A stretch of 32,000 nucleotides of DNA from Candidatus Saccharimonadota bacterium (GCA_965230905.1 OZ246396.1:1140001-1172000); one strand, 5' to 3'; shown: positions 1-8,840, counted from the stretch's first letter. Numbers and translations are program-made. Notes: generated from the letters alone by a model not told the origin.

Positions 1-220
1 CACGGATGATTTTTTGCAGGGGACGGTGGAGTTTGGAGTAAACCAGCGTGTAGCAAAGTAGCGTCAAAAAGCTCAGCACGACTACGTGAACCATCCAGGG
101 TTCCAGGTCCGCGTAGGTATTCAAGGCCCAGAGCAAGCCGTAAGAAAGGCCTCCAGCAAAGAGGAAGGAAAGGAAGAGGGTGGCAAAAATGGAGCGGCGT
201 AGAAAGGACATTGCGTCCAT
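1..220 (-). CDS. membrane protein, N-terminal fragment (gene continues past the left edge)
   Basis: A minus-strand ATG at 220 (in-frame ATG also at 211) opens a frame that stays open to base 1. My translation is MDAMSFLRRSIFATLFLSFLFAGGLSYGLLWALNTYADLEPWMVHVVVLSFLTLLCYTLVYSKLHRPLQKIIR, which has two hydrophobic helices. The start overlaps the upstream stop as TAATG. It is absent from the ORF track because it is open-ended. Confidence 0.45.
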   Translation of the reverse strand, partial: MDAMSFLRRSIFATLFLSFLFAGGLSYGLLWALNTYADLEPWMVHVVVLSFLTLLCYTLVYSKLHRPLQKIIR

Positions 221-2628
221 TATAATCTGTTCTTGTGCCTGGAGTCGAGTACTTTCTTAATACTGTGCACTTCGTGGTGCGCGTTGATTTTTTGGTAGAG
301 CTGGTGAAGCAGTAGAAGCGTTTCGTGCGGCAATTCATGGAGCTTCTTGCCCTTTTCTTTGGACAGCAAATGGTTGATTTTATCGGCAATTTTTAGATCT
401 AAGGTGGCTCGCAGCAATTCTCGGAATTGTTTTGGGAAGGTCGCCAGCAGGCTGAAGGTTTTGTTGAACCACTCGTGCGCCGGGTTGCTGAGCGCTTCCA
501 CCAAAGGAGCGATGGTGCTGGCTTCTTCCATTTGTGCCAAGGCCAAGAGCGCGGTTTGCTTAACTTTTTCCGACGTATGGGTGAGGTGCCGCTTGAGCTC
601 GTTTTTAAAGAAGGATTCTTTTATGGTTCCGCAGGCCTCGATCCCTTCACAGAGCACCGTTTCTTTAGGGCTGCTGAGCATTTGGCTCAGGTGGTGACGA
701 AGTTCATTGCGAAGTGCTTTGAACTGCCAGAGGGCGATGATTGCAGCGGCTTTCACCTCCGGATCACGGTCGTCCAAATATTCTTCCAAATAGAATCGCA
801 GATTGGAATCGTGGAAGAGGCGGAGCATGCGGATGAAGCGTGCCTTTTCTTTGGTTTCCTTTTGAATGGTTTCCATGAGGAATTCCGTCAGCGTCTCGGG
901 AGCCAGGTTATAAAAAACATAAACCAATTCCTCTCGGATGGCTTCATTTTGTTCTTTGAGCAGGCGATCCTTCAAGCTTTCGATCACGCGGTAACGAGTG
1001 AAGGATTGTTCCATCAAGGTCTTTTTGAGTTTGTGGAAATGGCTGAGGGCTTGCGCAGCCGCCAGACGCAGGTGTTCGTTTTTGTGGCTGAGCATTTCGA
1101 GCACACTGGAAATGGATTCCGGATCCTCTTGTAGACCCAAGGTGCGCAAAATACTTTCCTTTAAAATCTCCGGTTCATTTTCCCGCTTCAGGATTTTTTG
1201 CAGAGCGCCGGTGGTTTTTTCGTGACCGTGCTGCGCCAAAATTTCAATGGCGTTCAAACGTGTGGGCAGGTCGAGTTTGTGGCTTAAATTGTGTTCGGAC
1301 ATCTGGGTATATTTTTTCCCCATTCCCCAGAGCAAGAAAGTCATCAAAATGCTCATTCCTATGAGTCCAAAGTTTAGAGCAAGGGTTTGTGGAGCTCCTT
1401 TCAAATTCACAGCCACCACAATCATGAGCAAGGTTCCGATCATGGCCCCCAGCGGTTTCATGATTCCTTGCATCCATTCTTTAACATCGCTTCGCACGTG
1501 ATGCGGGATTCCGTAGTACGAAGAATCGTAGGAATTTTTAAACAAAATACCGGTGAGCTCGTATCCTCCACGCGCCATGGCGGCACTGAAGAAGTTGAAA
1601 CGCAGGGTCATCCAAATTAGGTTGAAAAAAGTCACCAGCGGGTGCAGCAGCATGCTGGAGCTGACTCCCAAATAAGTCATGATGCGGCTGGCGAAAATCA
1701 GCTGCATGAAGAGAGCGGCGCTATTAAAAATCACGTGCAGCGTACCCAGTTTTTGTGCAATGAGGTTTTGATAATCTTCGTTCGTGCCTTCTTCGGCCAG
1801 AATCACTTCGCCGTCTTCATGGTGCACCAAGGTCGTTTCTTCCACAGAAAAAACGTCTTGTTGAATGGCTTTGGTGTACTGGAATTCCAAGACATTGATG
1901 ATGGCCCAGTGAAGCACCACCACCACCATTAAGGTTTTTAAGAAAGGAATTTTTTTAATCTCGGCAAAGTTTTCCCGGAGTTTTTTACTCTTCTTTTCTT
2001 CATGAGCCAGTTCCAAGCGGGGAACTTGCATGGTTCGAGCATTGAAGAGCAGCACCACGGGTAAAATGGCCAGCAGCAGGAGCACCCAGAAAAGAATGAA
2101 TTTATAAGTGGGAATATCCGTGGCGAAAAGGCTTAGGCTCAAGCCTCCCATAATACCTCCCACGGTTTCTGCAGATTCAATGATGGGGAAGGTGCGCTGG
2201 CTTTCCAGCGGCGTAAAAAGTTCTTCGTTGAAAAGGGAAACTAGAATGTTGAGCTGGGAAAGCAGGACGGATTCGGCCAGCAAGAAGAAGGCAAAGAATA
2301 AAAGCGTGTCCCGTTCCATGAAGAAAATGGAAACCAGCAGTGATACGGCGGCCACCAGCACCACACTGGTGATCAAAAGTTCACGACGGAATCGTGGCAC
2401 GAGTTTGCGGAAAACCATGGCCCCTAGCATCATGAAGAGCGCGTTTCCCAGGAATAAGCCGGGCAAAAGATCGATTCCGATTCGGCTCAAAAACACGGCT
2501 AAAAGCACGCTTCCTCCAATGATGAATCCAATACGGGCCAGGAAGGTGAGGGCCCAGGCTATACAAATGCGCGGCCACTCCTGATTCGAGAGATTGAGCA
2601 AGCGGTTGAGTTTTTCGGAAATCTGCAT
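220..2628 (-). CDS. polytopic transporter-like membrane domain fused to a C-terminal HEAT-repeat domain (MFS / nucleotide-transporter-like, family not resolved)
   Basis: This is an 802-aa ORF. The first ~440 aa are a series of hydrophobic helices. The last ~350 aa are soluble and helical, with repeated HEAT/PBS-lyase-type units: NEHLRLAAAQALSHF, DPEVKAAAIIALWQF and SEKVKQTALLALAQM. Confidence 0.7.
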   Translation of the reverse strand: MQISEKLNRLLNLSNQEWPRICIAWALTFLARIGFIIGGSVLLAVFLSRIGIDLLPGLFLGNALFMMLGAMVFRKLVPRFRRELLITSVVLVAAVSLLVSIFFMERDTLLFFAFFLLAESVLLSQLNILVSLFNEELFTPLESQRTFPIIESAETVGGIMGGLSLSLFATDIPTYKFILFWVLLLLAILPVVLLFNARTMQVPRLELAHEEKKSKKLRENFAEIKKIPFLKTLMVVVVLHWAIINVLEFQYTKAIQQDVFSVEETTLVHHEDGEVILAEEGTNEDYQNLIAQKLGTLHVIFNSAALFMQLIFASRIMTYLGVSSSMLLHPLVTFFNLIWMTLRFNFFSAAMARGGYELTGILFKNSYDSSYYGIPHHVRSDVKEWMQGIMKPLGAMIGTLLMIVVAVNLKGAPQTLALNFGLIGMSILMTFLLWGMGKKYTQMSEHNLSHKLDLPTRLNAIEILAQHGHEKTTGALQKILKRENEPEILKESILRTLGLQEDPESISSVLEMLSHKNEHLRLAAAQALSHFHKLKKTLMEQSFTRYRVIESLKDRLLKEQNEAIREELVYVFYNLAPETLTEFLMETIQKETKEKARFIRMLRLFHDSNLRFYLEEYLDDRDPEVKAAAIIALWQFKALRNELRHHLSQMLSSPKETVLCEGIEACGTIKESFFKNELKRHLTHTSEKVKQTALLALAQMEEASTIAPLVEALSNPAHEWFNKTFSLLATFPKQFRELLRATLDLKIADKINHLLSKEKGKKLHELPHETLLLLHQLYQKINAHHEVHSIKKVLDSRHKNRL

Positions 2629-2694
2629 TGCAAGAGTGAAATCCGTAAATTATAACATAAATTATTAATTTGAGCAAGTGTCTTTACTCTGAAA

Positions 2695-4242
2695 ATGGCA
2701 AGGTTTGCTACAATGGAGACTATGAAATTTCGAACGTGGTCTGCGGTTGGCTTTGGAGCGCTACTTCTAGCGGTTTCTTCTGTTCTCAGCCGGGTTCTCG
2801 GGGTGCTGCGTGATTATGTTTTCTCAAAAATCTTTGGCATTGGAGAGGAAGGCGGCATTTTTGCTCTCGATGCCTATTACTTAGCTTTTCGCATACCCGA
2901 TCTTCTTTATACGCTGTTGATTTTGGGAGCGCTTTCGGCCGGATTCATTCCTTTGTACACGCGTCTAAAAAAGAAAAATGAAAAAGAAGCGACTGAGTTC
3001 GCCAGCCACGCACTGACCAGTGTGTTTGTTTTGCTCTTGGTGCTGGGCGGCGTTTTGGCTTTTGCGGCTCCTTGGCTGGTTCCGCTTTTGGCGCCGGGCT
3101 TTGATGCGGGCACGCAGGCGGTGGCCGTGGACCTTACGCGCATACTGCTCTTGTCGCCGTTGTTCATGGGCTTGAGTGGGATTTTGCAGGGCGTGGAAAA
3201 CGTACACAAAAAATTCTGGGGATTGGCTTTGGCGCCACTCTTTTACAACGGAAGCATTATTTTGTCGGCGGCGCTGTTTGGACGTGACTATGGGGTTTAT
3301 GCCTTAGCCGTGGGAGTGGCGGTGGGCGCCGTTCTGCACTTTTTGGTTCAGTTGCCAGGCATTTTAAAAACGCCGTTTCGTTACCAGTTGGGTTTGCCAA
3401 AATGGAGCACATCGCTCAAGGAATTTTTCACTCTGGCTTTGCCGCGGATGTTTGGTATGTCGGCGGCGCAGCTCACGCTTTTGGTGGATTTTGCCTTGGC
3501 GTCGGCCATGCCACTCGGTGCGGTTTCCGTTTATAGTTATGCGCTCAATCTTCAGGCCTTTCCGTATGGAGTGGTGGCGGTTTCTTTTTCCGTGGCCATT
3601 TTTTCTACCTTGGCGGAACAAGCCCTCGATAACAATAAACCCGAGTTTGCTCGCACTTTGCAAAACTCTTTCCGCACCATTTGGTTCTGGGCTTTTCCCG
3701 CGGTGGTGGGGCTTTTCTTACTCCGCGAGCCACTCATTGAACTCATTTTGCGAGGCGGGGCTTTTGACGGTGAGGCAGCGCTGATGACCGAAAAAACCTT
3801 TGCCATACTGGTGTGGTCCGCACTTCCGCTCAGTTTAATTCCGCTGTGGTCGCGGGCTTTTTACGCGCTGTCGCGCACCAAAATTCCTGTGGTGGCGGCT
3901 TTGCAAACCATGATTGTGAACACCACGCTGAGTATTTTATTCACGCAGGTTTATGGTATGGGAGTGTACGGGCTGGCGTGGGCAAACCTCATCAGTTCCA
4001 GCATCAACGCCCTTCTACTTTTGATTTTCCTCGCGCGCATTTTGGACCTTTCGCTTATGAAAATTGTGTCGTTAAAAATGGTGGTGCTTAGCGCGGTGGC
4101 CAGCGGGCTCATGGCCGTGGCTTTGCTTAAAATCCCCACGTTCAATTTCCCTCATGTTTTTGTGGAACTCTTGGTGTTCAGCGCCGTGGGCTTTTTGGTC
4201 TACTTGTTGCCTTTCAAGTTCAAGGTCAGCCATAAATCCTGA
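2695..4242 (+). CDS. murJ: lipid II flippase MurJ (MviN family)
   Basis: The N-terminus SRVLGVLRDYVFSKIFG...AYYLAFRIPDLLYTLLILGALSAGFIPLY is the classic MurJ signature. The protein has ~14 hydrophobic helices and is 515 aa. In-frame ATGs at 2713 and 2722 are alternative starts. Confidence 0.9.
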   Translation: MARFATMETMKFRTWSAVGFGALLLAVSSVLSRVLGVLRDYVFSKIFGIGEEGGIFALDAYYLAFRIPDLLYTLLILGALSAGFIPLYTRLKKKNEKEATEFASHALTSVFVLLLVLGGVLAFAAPWLVPLLAPGFDAGTQAVAVDLTRILLLSPLFMGLSGILQGVENVHKKFWGLALAPLFYNGSIILSAALFGRDYGVYALAVGVAVGAVLHFLVQLPGILKTPFRYQLGLPKWSTSLKEFFTLALPRMFGMSAAQLTLLVDFALASAMPLGAVSVYSYALNLQAFPYGVVAVSFSVAIFSTLAEQALDNNKPEFARTLQNSFRTIWFWAFPAVVGLFLLREPLIELILRGGAFDGEAALMTEKTFAILVWSALPLSLIPLWSRAFYALSRTKIPVVAALQTMIVNTTLSILFTQVYGMGVYGLAWANLISSSINALLLLIFLARILDLSLMKIVSLKMVVLSAVASGLMAVALLKIPTFNFPHVFVELLVFSAVGFLVYLLPFKFKVSHKS

Positions 4243-5261
4243 CCCAGTTGACGAGACTTTTTCAGTTGAAGTGGGTGAGCACCGTTGGTGAATGGAACGG
4301 CTTTTTCTCCGAGAAAAACCGGCGCTTGGAAGATTTGAATTTCATCGGCTAAACCGGCCTCCAAAAAAGATTCAAAAACCTCGTGGCCGCCTTCCACCAG
4401 CACCGAAAGAATGCCTTTTTCGTAGAGGGTTTCCATGAGTTCTTCCATGGGCAGGTCTTTGAGCACGAGCACATTGTCGTCGCGAAAAATTTGAGCCGTT
4501 TTGGGGAGTTTGCGTTTGCCCTGCAAAATAATGCGGAGCGGGTTGCGGCCTTCCACCACTCTCACGCCCAGGTGAGGGTCGTCGGCGAGCACGGTTCCGG
4601 CGCCCACTAAAATGGCTTGATGTTCACTGCGTAGAATGTGCACTTGTTTCTGCACTTGTTTCCCGGTGAGTGCGGTTTCTTCGCCCGCCGTTTCCGCTAT
4701 TTTTCCATCCAAACTCAGCGCAGCTTTTAAAGTGATGAAGGGGCGTTTCTTTTTATGAAAAGTATAAAATTCCCGGTTGAGTTCCTCCGCTTCTTCCTTT
4801 AAAAGTCCGACTTCCACTTCAATGCCGGCCGCCTTGAGCGCCGCTGCGCCTTTGCCATTCACTTTGTCGGAAGGGTCGAGTGAGGAGATCACTACTTTGG
4901 CAATTCCGCTTTCAATAATAGCGTCCACGCAAGGTGGTGTTTTGCCGTGGTGGCAGCAGGGTTCCAGCGTTACGTAAAGCGTGGCGCCTTTGGCATCGCA
5001 GTTTTTTAAAGCCTCTACTTCGGCGTGGGCGGCTCCGTACGCCGTGTGGTAGCCTTCGCCGATTCGTTCCCCGTCTTTATTAATAAGCACCGCGCCCACC
5101 ATGGGGTTGGGCAGCGTGAAACCACGGGCTTTTTCAGCTAGGCGCAGGGCTCTTCGCATTTCCCAAGAAGAATGATGTGGCGTTGCCACGTTCTTGTTTA
5201 GCAAACCCTTCGGGTCCGCCTGGGGATTTGCTTTTTCAGACGTGTTTGAGGAGGTGTCCAA
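4200..5261 (-). CDS. ribD: bifunctional riboflavin biosynthesis protein RibD (pyrimidine deaminase / uracil reductase)
   Basis: It has the deaminase zinc motifs HAEVEAL and [14 protein letters not shown], followed by a RibD_C-like reductase half. The track start at 5261 is a TTG. The true start could lie anywhere between 5159 ([16 protein letters not shown]) and 5261. Confidence 0.88.
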   Translation of the reverse strand: MDTSSNTSEKANPQADPKGLLNKNVATPHHSSWEMRRALRLAEKARGFTLPNPMVGAVLINKDGERIGEGYHTAYGAAHAEVEALKNCDAKGATLYVTLEPCCHHGKTPPCVDAIIESGIAKVVISSLDPSDKVNGKGAAALKAAGIEVEVGLLKEEAEELNREFYTFHKKKRPFITLKAALSLDGKIAETAGEETALTGKQVQKQVHILRSEHQAILVGAGTVLADDPHLGVRVVEGRNPLRIILQGKRKLPKTAQIFRDDNVLVLKDLPMEELMETLYEKGILSVLVEGGHEVFESFLEAGLADEIQIFQAPVFLGEKAVPFTNGAHPLQLKKSRQLGQDLWLTLNLKGNK

Positions 5262-6441
5262 GTTTATCTTTTTTCGTTTTTAAATATTTTTTAGCAAGGT
5301 GGTGTCCGCCTTCAAATTCCAGCGGCACTTGTTCCGTGACCTTCAGCCCGTGTCCTTCGAGACCCACAATTTTTTGAGGATTGTTGGTGAGCAGACGAAT
5401 GGTGTTGAGTCCCAAATCTTTGAGCATCTGTGCGCCGATTCCGTAGTCACGCAGGTCCGCTTTGAAACCGAGTTTCGCGTTGGCTTCCACGGTGTCGTAG
5501 CCTTCTTCCTTTTGAAGTTTGTAAGCGCGCAGCTTATTCACGAGTCCAATGCCGCGACCTTCCTGACGCATATACAAAATCACGCCTTCTCCCGCGTCTG
5601 AAATGATTTTCATAGCGGCATCGAGTTGAGGTCCGCAGTCGCAGTGCACGCTGTGGAATACATCGCCGGTCATGCATTCGGAGTGAGCACGCACCAGCAC
5701 ATTTTCTTTTCCACTGACATCGCCCTTCACGAGTACTAAGTTTTCACGCTGATCGATGGCGTTTTTGTAAATGATGATTTTGAATGTTCCGTATTCGGTT
5801 TCCAGTTCCGTTTCCACTTCCCGTTCCACCAAAGTTTCTTTCAAACGGCGGTAGGCAATCAAATCTTTAATAGTGATCATCATGAGCCCGTGTTTTTCCG
5901 CAAAAAGTTTGAGGTCGTCGCGTCGAGCCATTTCTCCGTCGTCTTTAGCGATTTCACAAATCATTCCCGCGCCTGTGAGTCCGGCGAGTTCCGCCAAATC
6001 CACAGCGGCTTCGGTGTGTCCGGCGCGCACCAAAACGCCTCCCGCGCGAGCCAAAAGAGGGAAGATGTGTCCGGGTCGATTGAAGTCCGCCGCTTGGCTG
6101 GCGGGGTCTACTAGGGCTTGAATGGTGAGGGCTCGGTCTTTGGCCGAAATTCCCGTGCTAATCCCGTGCTTTAAATCCACTGAAACCGTGAAGTTGCAGC
6201 GACTCATGTCGGGATCTTCACCGGTCATGGGTTCCAGTTTCAGCCGGGAAGTCAGGTCCGTTTTCATGGGCACGCAAATCAGTCCGCGCCCTTCCTTCAT
6301 CATAAAATTCACATCGGCGGGCGTTACCAGCTCGGCCGCCATCACCAAATCACCTTCATTTTCACGGTCTTCATCATCCACCACAATGAGCATTTTCCCG
6401 CTTCTAAACGCGTCGATGGCTTCTTCAATAGGGGTCCACAT
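5236..6441 (-). CDS. ribBA: bifunctional 3,4-dihydroxy-2-butanone-4-phosphate synthase / GTP cyclohydrolase II
   Basis: Motifs present are [47 protein letters not shown] and [20 protein letters not shown] moved the start from the track's TTG (6459) to the ATG at 6441. [16 protein letters not shown] aligns with the known RibBA N-terminus (B. subtilis MFHPIEEALDALKKGE). Confidence 0.9.
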   Translation of the reverse strand: MWTPIEEAIDAFRSGKMLIVVDDEDRENEGDLVMAAELVTPADVNFMMKEGRGLICVPMKTDLTSRLKLEPMTGEDPDMSRCNFTVSVDLKHGISTGISAKDRALTIQALVDPASQAADFNRPGHIFPLLARAGGVLVRAGHTEAAVDLAELAGLTGAGMICEIAKDDGEMARRDDLKLFAEKHGLMMITIKDLIAYRRLKETLVEREVETELETEYGTFKIIIYKNAIDQRENLVLVKGDVSGKENVLVRAHSECMTGDVFHSVHCDCGPQLDAAMKIISDAGEGVILYMRQEGRGIGLVNKLRAYKLQKEEGYDTVEANAKLGFKADLRDYGIGAQMLKDLGLNTIRLLTNNPQKIVGLEGHGLKVTEQVPLEFEGGHHLAKKYLKTKKDKLGHLLKHV

Positions 6442-6447
6442 GCGTAG

Positions 6448-6453
6448 ATTATA
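6448..6453 (-). promoter_or_regulatory. -10 box TATAAT lying 6 nt upstream of the ribBA ATG (possible leaderless start)
   Basis: The minus strand reads GAGT-TATAAT-CTACGC-ATG. There is no room for a Shine-Dalgarno sequence. Confidence 0.35.
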
Positions 6454-6512
6454 ACTCAAAAGATCTCTTCAGCATAGAGGGCAGTTTAATGCTTCAGAGA
6501 CCTTTGAGTTAT
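6451..6512 (-). terminator. long imperfect hairpin between the tsf stop and the ribBA start (possible tsf terminator or regulatory stem)
   Basis: The arms are 6451-6475 (ataactcaaaagatctcttcagcat) and 6489-6512 (atgcttcagagacctttgagttat). About 21 of 25 positions pair and the loop is 13 nt. On the minus strand the 3' arm contains UCUUUUG. Confidence 0.3.
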
Positions 6513-6530
6513 CCTCAGGAGAGGAGCAAT

Positions 6531-7292
6531 TTATACTTCAAATCGGTGGAAACCTAAAACACTTTCACCACCGAGCAAGTCCTTAACGAGTTGTTCAGGA
6601 TTTTTCACAAAGGGTTGAGTGAGCAGGGCGAATTCTTCACGGAACTTCTTTTCTTTACCTTCCATGATTTTTTCCCAAATGGCCTCAGGTTTTCCTTCGG
6701 TCTTTAGGAGTTCACGCCAGATTTCTTTTTCCTTAGTGATCAAGTCGGCATCGATTTGATCTGGAGAAAGCGTGCGAGGGTTGGCGGCTGCAATGTGCAT
6801 GGCCAAATCTTTCACGAGGTCGTCGTCACCCCCGGTTGTGGCGATCACCACTCCAATACGGTTGTTGAGATGGATGTATTTTCCGAGTTTCTTTCCGCTG
6901 ATTACTTTGCGGTCCTTGATTTCAATTTTTTCTCCCAATTGAATGTTGAGGTCGTTGATTTCGTTGCTGAGGTCGGCATCTTCACCTTCCGTGAGCAAAC
7001 GTTCAGCCAAAGCTTCCGCCTTCTTAATGAAGTCAGCGTTCTTTGCCACGAAGTCGGTTTCACAGGCGAGGGCGAGCATAGCCGCCTTGTCGTCTTTTTG
7101 AACCACGGCTACCACTCCATTTGCAGTGGCACGGTCCGCACGTTCAGCGGCCTTGGTTTCTCCTTTCTTTCGGAGCACTTCAATGGCTTTGTCTTCATCG
7201 CCGTTGGCTTCTTCCAGAGCGTTCTTACAAGCGGTCATAGACACACCGGTTCGTTCGCGGAGACTTTTGATTTGATCGAGTGAAACTGACAT
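6531..7292 (-). CDS. tsf: translation elongation factor Ts
   Basis: The N-terminal UBA-like motif IKSLRERTGVSMTACKNALEEANGDEDKAIEVLRKKG is present, followed by the EF-Ts core (ACETDFVAKN, HIAAANP). Confidence 0.93.
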   Translation of the reverse strand: MSVSLDQIKSLRERTGVSMTACKNALEEANGDEDKAIEVLRKKGETKAAERADRATANGVVAVVQKDDKAAMLALACETDFVAKNADFIKKAEALAERLLTEGEDADLSNEINDLNIQLGEKIEIKDRKVISGKKLGKYIHLNNRIGVVIATTGGDDDLVKDLAMHIAAANPRTLSPDQIDADLITKEKEIWRELLKTEGKPEAIWEKIMEGKEKKFREEFALLTQPFVKNPEQLVKDLLGGESVLGFHRFEV

Positions 7293-7311
7293 TTTTAGTA
7301 AAATTTAAGAA

Positions 7312-7935
7312 TTAAGCTTGAGTCGTAGGAGCAGGAGGTGTTGGAGGAGTGGGCTCTGCAGGCGTAGCTGGAGCTTCAGGAGCAGGAGTTGGCGCAGGCA
7401 TTGGTTCAGGCATGGGAGCTGGTGCTGGAGCCGCCATTGGAGCGGGTTCAGGCATAGGTGCCGGAGCGGGTGCTGGAGTCTCCATAGTAGGAGCAGGAGT
7501 TGCCATAGGTGCTGGGCTTGCTGCAGACGCAGAAGCCGCAGGAGTAGCTGCAGAACCTTTGAACCACTTTTCAAGAGGAATCTTTTGTCCGATTTGAGTA
7601 ACCACTGGGAGAGTGGGTTGTTTTCCGTTAGCGGCTTGCAATCCTCCGTAAATCATAAGGATGAAGAGAGCCAGGAGCACTAGGCTTAAGATCATGGACA
7701 AGAGAGACATGGCCAGTGCTGCCCAGAGAATGCGACTGATGATTTGAAGGAGGATGCTGATAACAATGGCTCCGGCGGCATTCTTGGAGTGCCAAACGTA
7801 AGCGGGTTCACTTCCTTTCTTGATCATCGTGTAGATGAGCACCAGGGGGAAGAAATAGGTTGCAAATGCAAGCCAGTCTTTTGGACCAGAACTTGCAGGA
7901 GCAGGAGTCATAGCTGGGGTAGAGGCGTCAGCCAT
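7312..7935 (-). CDS. small membrane protein (DUF4870-like) with a Pro/Ala-rich low-complexity C-terminal tail
   Basis: This 207-aa protein has three hydrophobic helices (FATYFFPLVLIYTMI, AAGAIVISILLQIISRILWAALAM, LSLVLLALFILMIYGG). An ~80-aa tail follows with reiterated PAPAPMPEP units, encoded by the GC-rich repetitive DNA at ~7320-7560. Confidence 0.65.
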   Translation of the reverse strand: MADASTPAMTPAPASSGPKDWLAFATYFFPLVLIYTMIKKGSEPAYVWHSKNAAGAIVISILLQIISRILWAALAMSLLSMILSLVLLALFILMIYGGLQAANGKQPTLPVVTQIGQKIPLEKWFKGSAATPAASASAASPAPMATPAPTMETPAPAPAPMPEPAPMAAPAPAPMPEPMPAPTPAPEAPATPAEPTPPTPPAPTTQA

Positions 7936-8017
7936 AGCGGGGTGGATTAGAGGTAATATGGACTTAATATTGGTGTGGCTACGCCACGTTTTTGTCTAGC
8001 AGACCTTTCAGGTCCGG

Positions 8018-8716
8018 CTAACGTTTAGCTTTGCGAACTCCGTTTGAAACGGCAGCTCCGATGTGTTTTACGAGGAAAGCAATGGACTTCACAGCATCGT
8101 CGTTAGCAGGAACTACGTAGGCAATTCCATCTGGATCTGCATTGGAATCCACAACGGCCACTACGGTACATTTCATTTTTCGAGCCTCTTGAACCGCGAT
8201 GTGGTCACGTACACAGTCCATAACAAACACCACATCAGGCAGACGTTCCAGGTTAGAAACCCCTCCCAGCGCCTTTTCGAGTTTGTCGATTTGCTTGTTG
8301 AGGTTGGACGCTTCTTTCTTAGTGTATTTGTCGAATTCGCCGGTTACCTTTTGATCCTTCAAGCCGTGAAGGTATTTCACACGAGAACGGATGGTCTTGA
8401 AGTTGGTGAGCAGACCAGGAATCCATTTTGAAGTAACGTAAGGCATTCCGCACTCTTCGGCCGTCTGTTTGATGAGAACGGTGGATTGAGGCTTGGTGCT
8501 CACGAATAAAATGGTCTTACCTTGAGTCGCCGCCGCTTCGAGAAATTCGGTAGCAGCCATAAGCCCTTGGTAGGTCTTATTGAGGTCGAAAATGTGCACT
8601 CCGTTCCTTTTGTCAAAAAGGTAAGAGGCCATCTTAGGGTTCCACTTTGCAGTTCTATGCCCAAAGTGTACGGCATTTGCGAGCATCTCTCGCATGAGGG
8701 TCTTTTGATCAGACAT
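8018..8716 (-). CDS. rpsB: 30S ribosomal protein S2
   Basis: LANAVHFGHRTAKWNPKMASYLF..NGVHIFDLNKT is the S2 signature. The protein is 232 aa, and AAGGA lies 4 nt before the ATG. Confidence 0.95.
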   Translation of the reverse strand: MSDQKTLMREMLANAVHFGHRTAKWNPKMASYLFDKRNGVHIFDLNKTYQGLMAATEFLEAAATQGKTILFVSTKPQSTVLIKQTAEECGMPYVTSKWIPGLLTNFKTIRSRVKYLHGLKDQKVTGEFDKYTKKEASNLNKQIDKLEKALGGVSNLERLPDVVFVMDCVRDHIAVQEARKMKCTVVAVVDSNADPDGIAYVVPANDDAVKSIAFLVKHIGAAVSNGVRKAKR

Positions 8717-8812
8717 GATCCTTAGGGTTAGCGCCTGAAATCGTCATTTTCTGGTTAAACCCCGAAGGGCAGGAAGCAGAATCGGACCGCAGACTTGAGT
8801 TAAAACGGCTTG

Positions 8813-8840
8813 ATTATACCTATAAAATGCCTCTAGGCAA
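8813..8840 (-). promoter_or_regulatory. candidate sigma70-type promoter for rpsB
   Basis: The minus strand reads TTGCCT (8840-8835), a 16-nt spacer, then TATAAT (8818-8813). This would give a ~95-nt leader containing a CCC-UUCG-GGG tetraloop hairpin. Confidence 0.35.

Noticed and set aside
427-1134. Long antisense or shadow ORFs opposite real genes: 427-1134(+), 17726-18475(-), 20543-21463(-), 25052-25825(-), 30919-31599(-), 13862-14293(-), 7318-7683(+) and others.
   Set aside because: Each lies fully inside a gene with strong family motifs on the other strand. Their translations are low-complexity (R/S/H/F-rich) and carry no recognisable motifs. This is the typical shadow-frame pattern.
4200-6441. 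An incomplete riboflavin pathway (only ribBA and ribD, with no ribE or ribH) as a finding.
   Set aside because: The missing genes may simply lie outside this 32-kb window, so no conclusion is possible from this sequence.
6442-6530. An FMN riboswitch, expected upstream of rib genes.
   Set aside because: The spacer is only ~90 nt, mostly taken up by one simple hairpin. I see none of the conserved FMN-element strings (for example GGGCGGGGUGAAAUUCCC-like or CCGACGGU-like segments). Only a cmsearch with the Rfam FMN model could formally exclude it.
7320-7560. GC-rich reiterated DNA (ggagcagg / ggtgctgg units) that might look like a tandem repeat or CRISPR-like array.
   Set aside because: There is no repeat-spacer periodicity. 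It is in frame with, and encodes, the Pro/Ala-rich tail of the 7312-7935 membrane protein.
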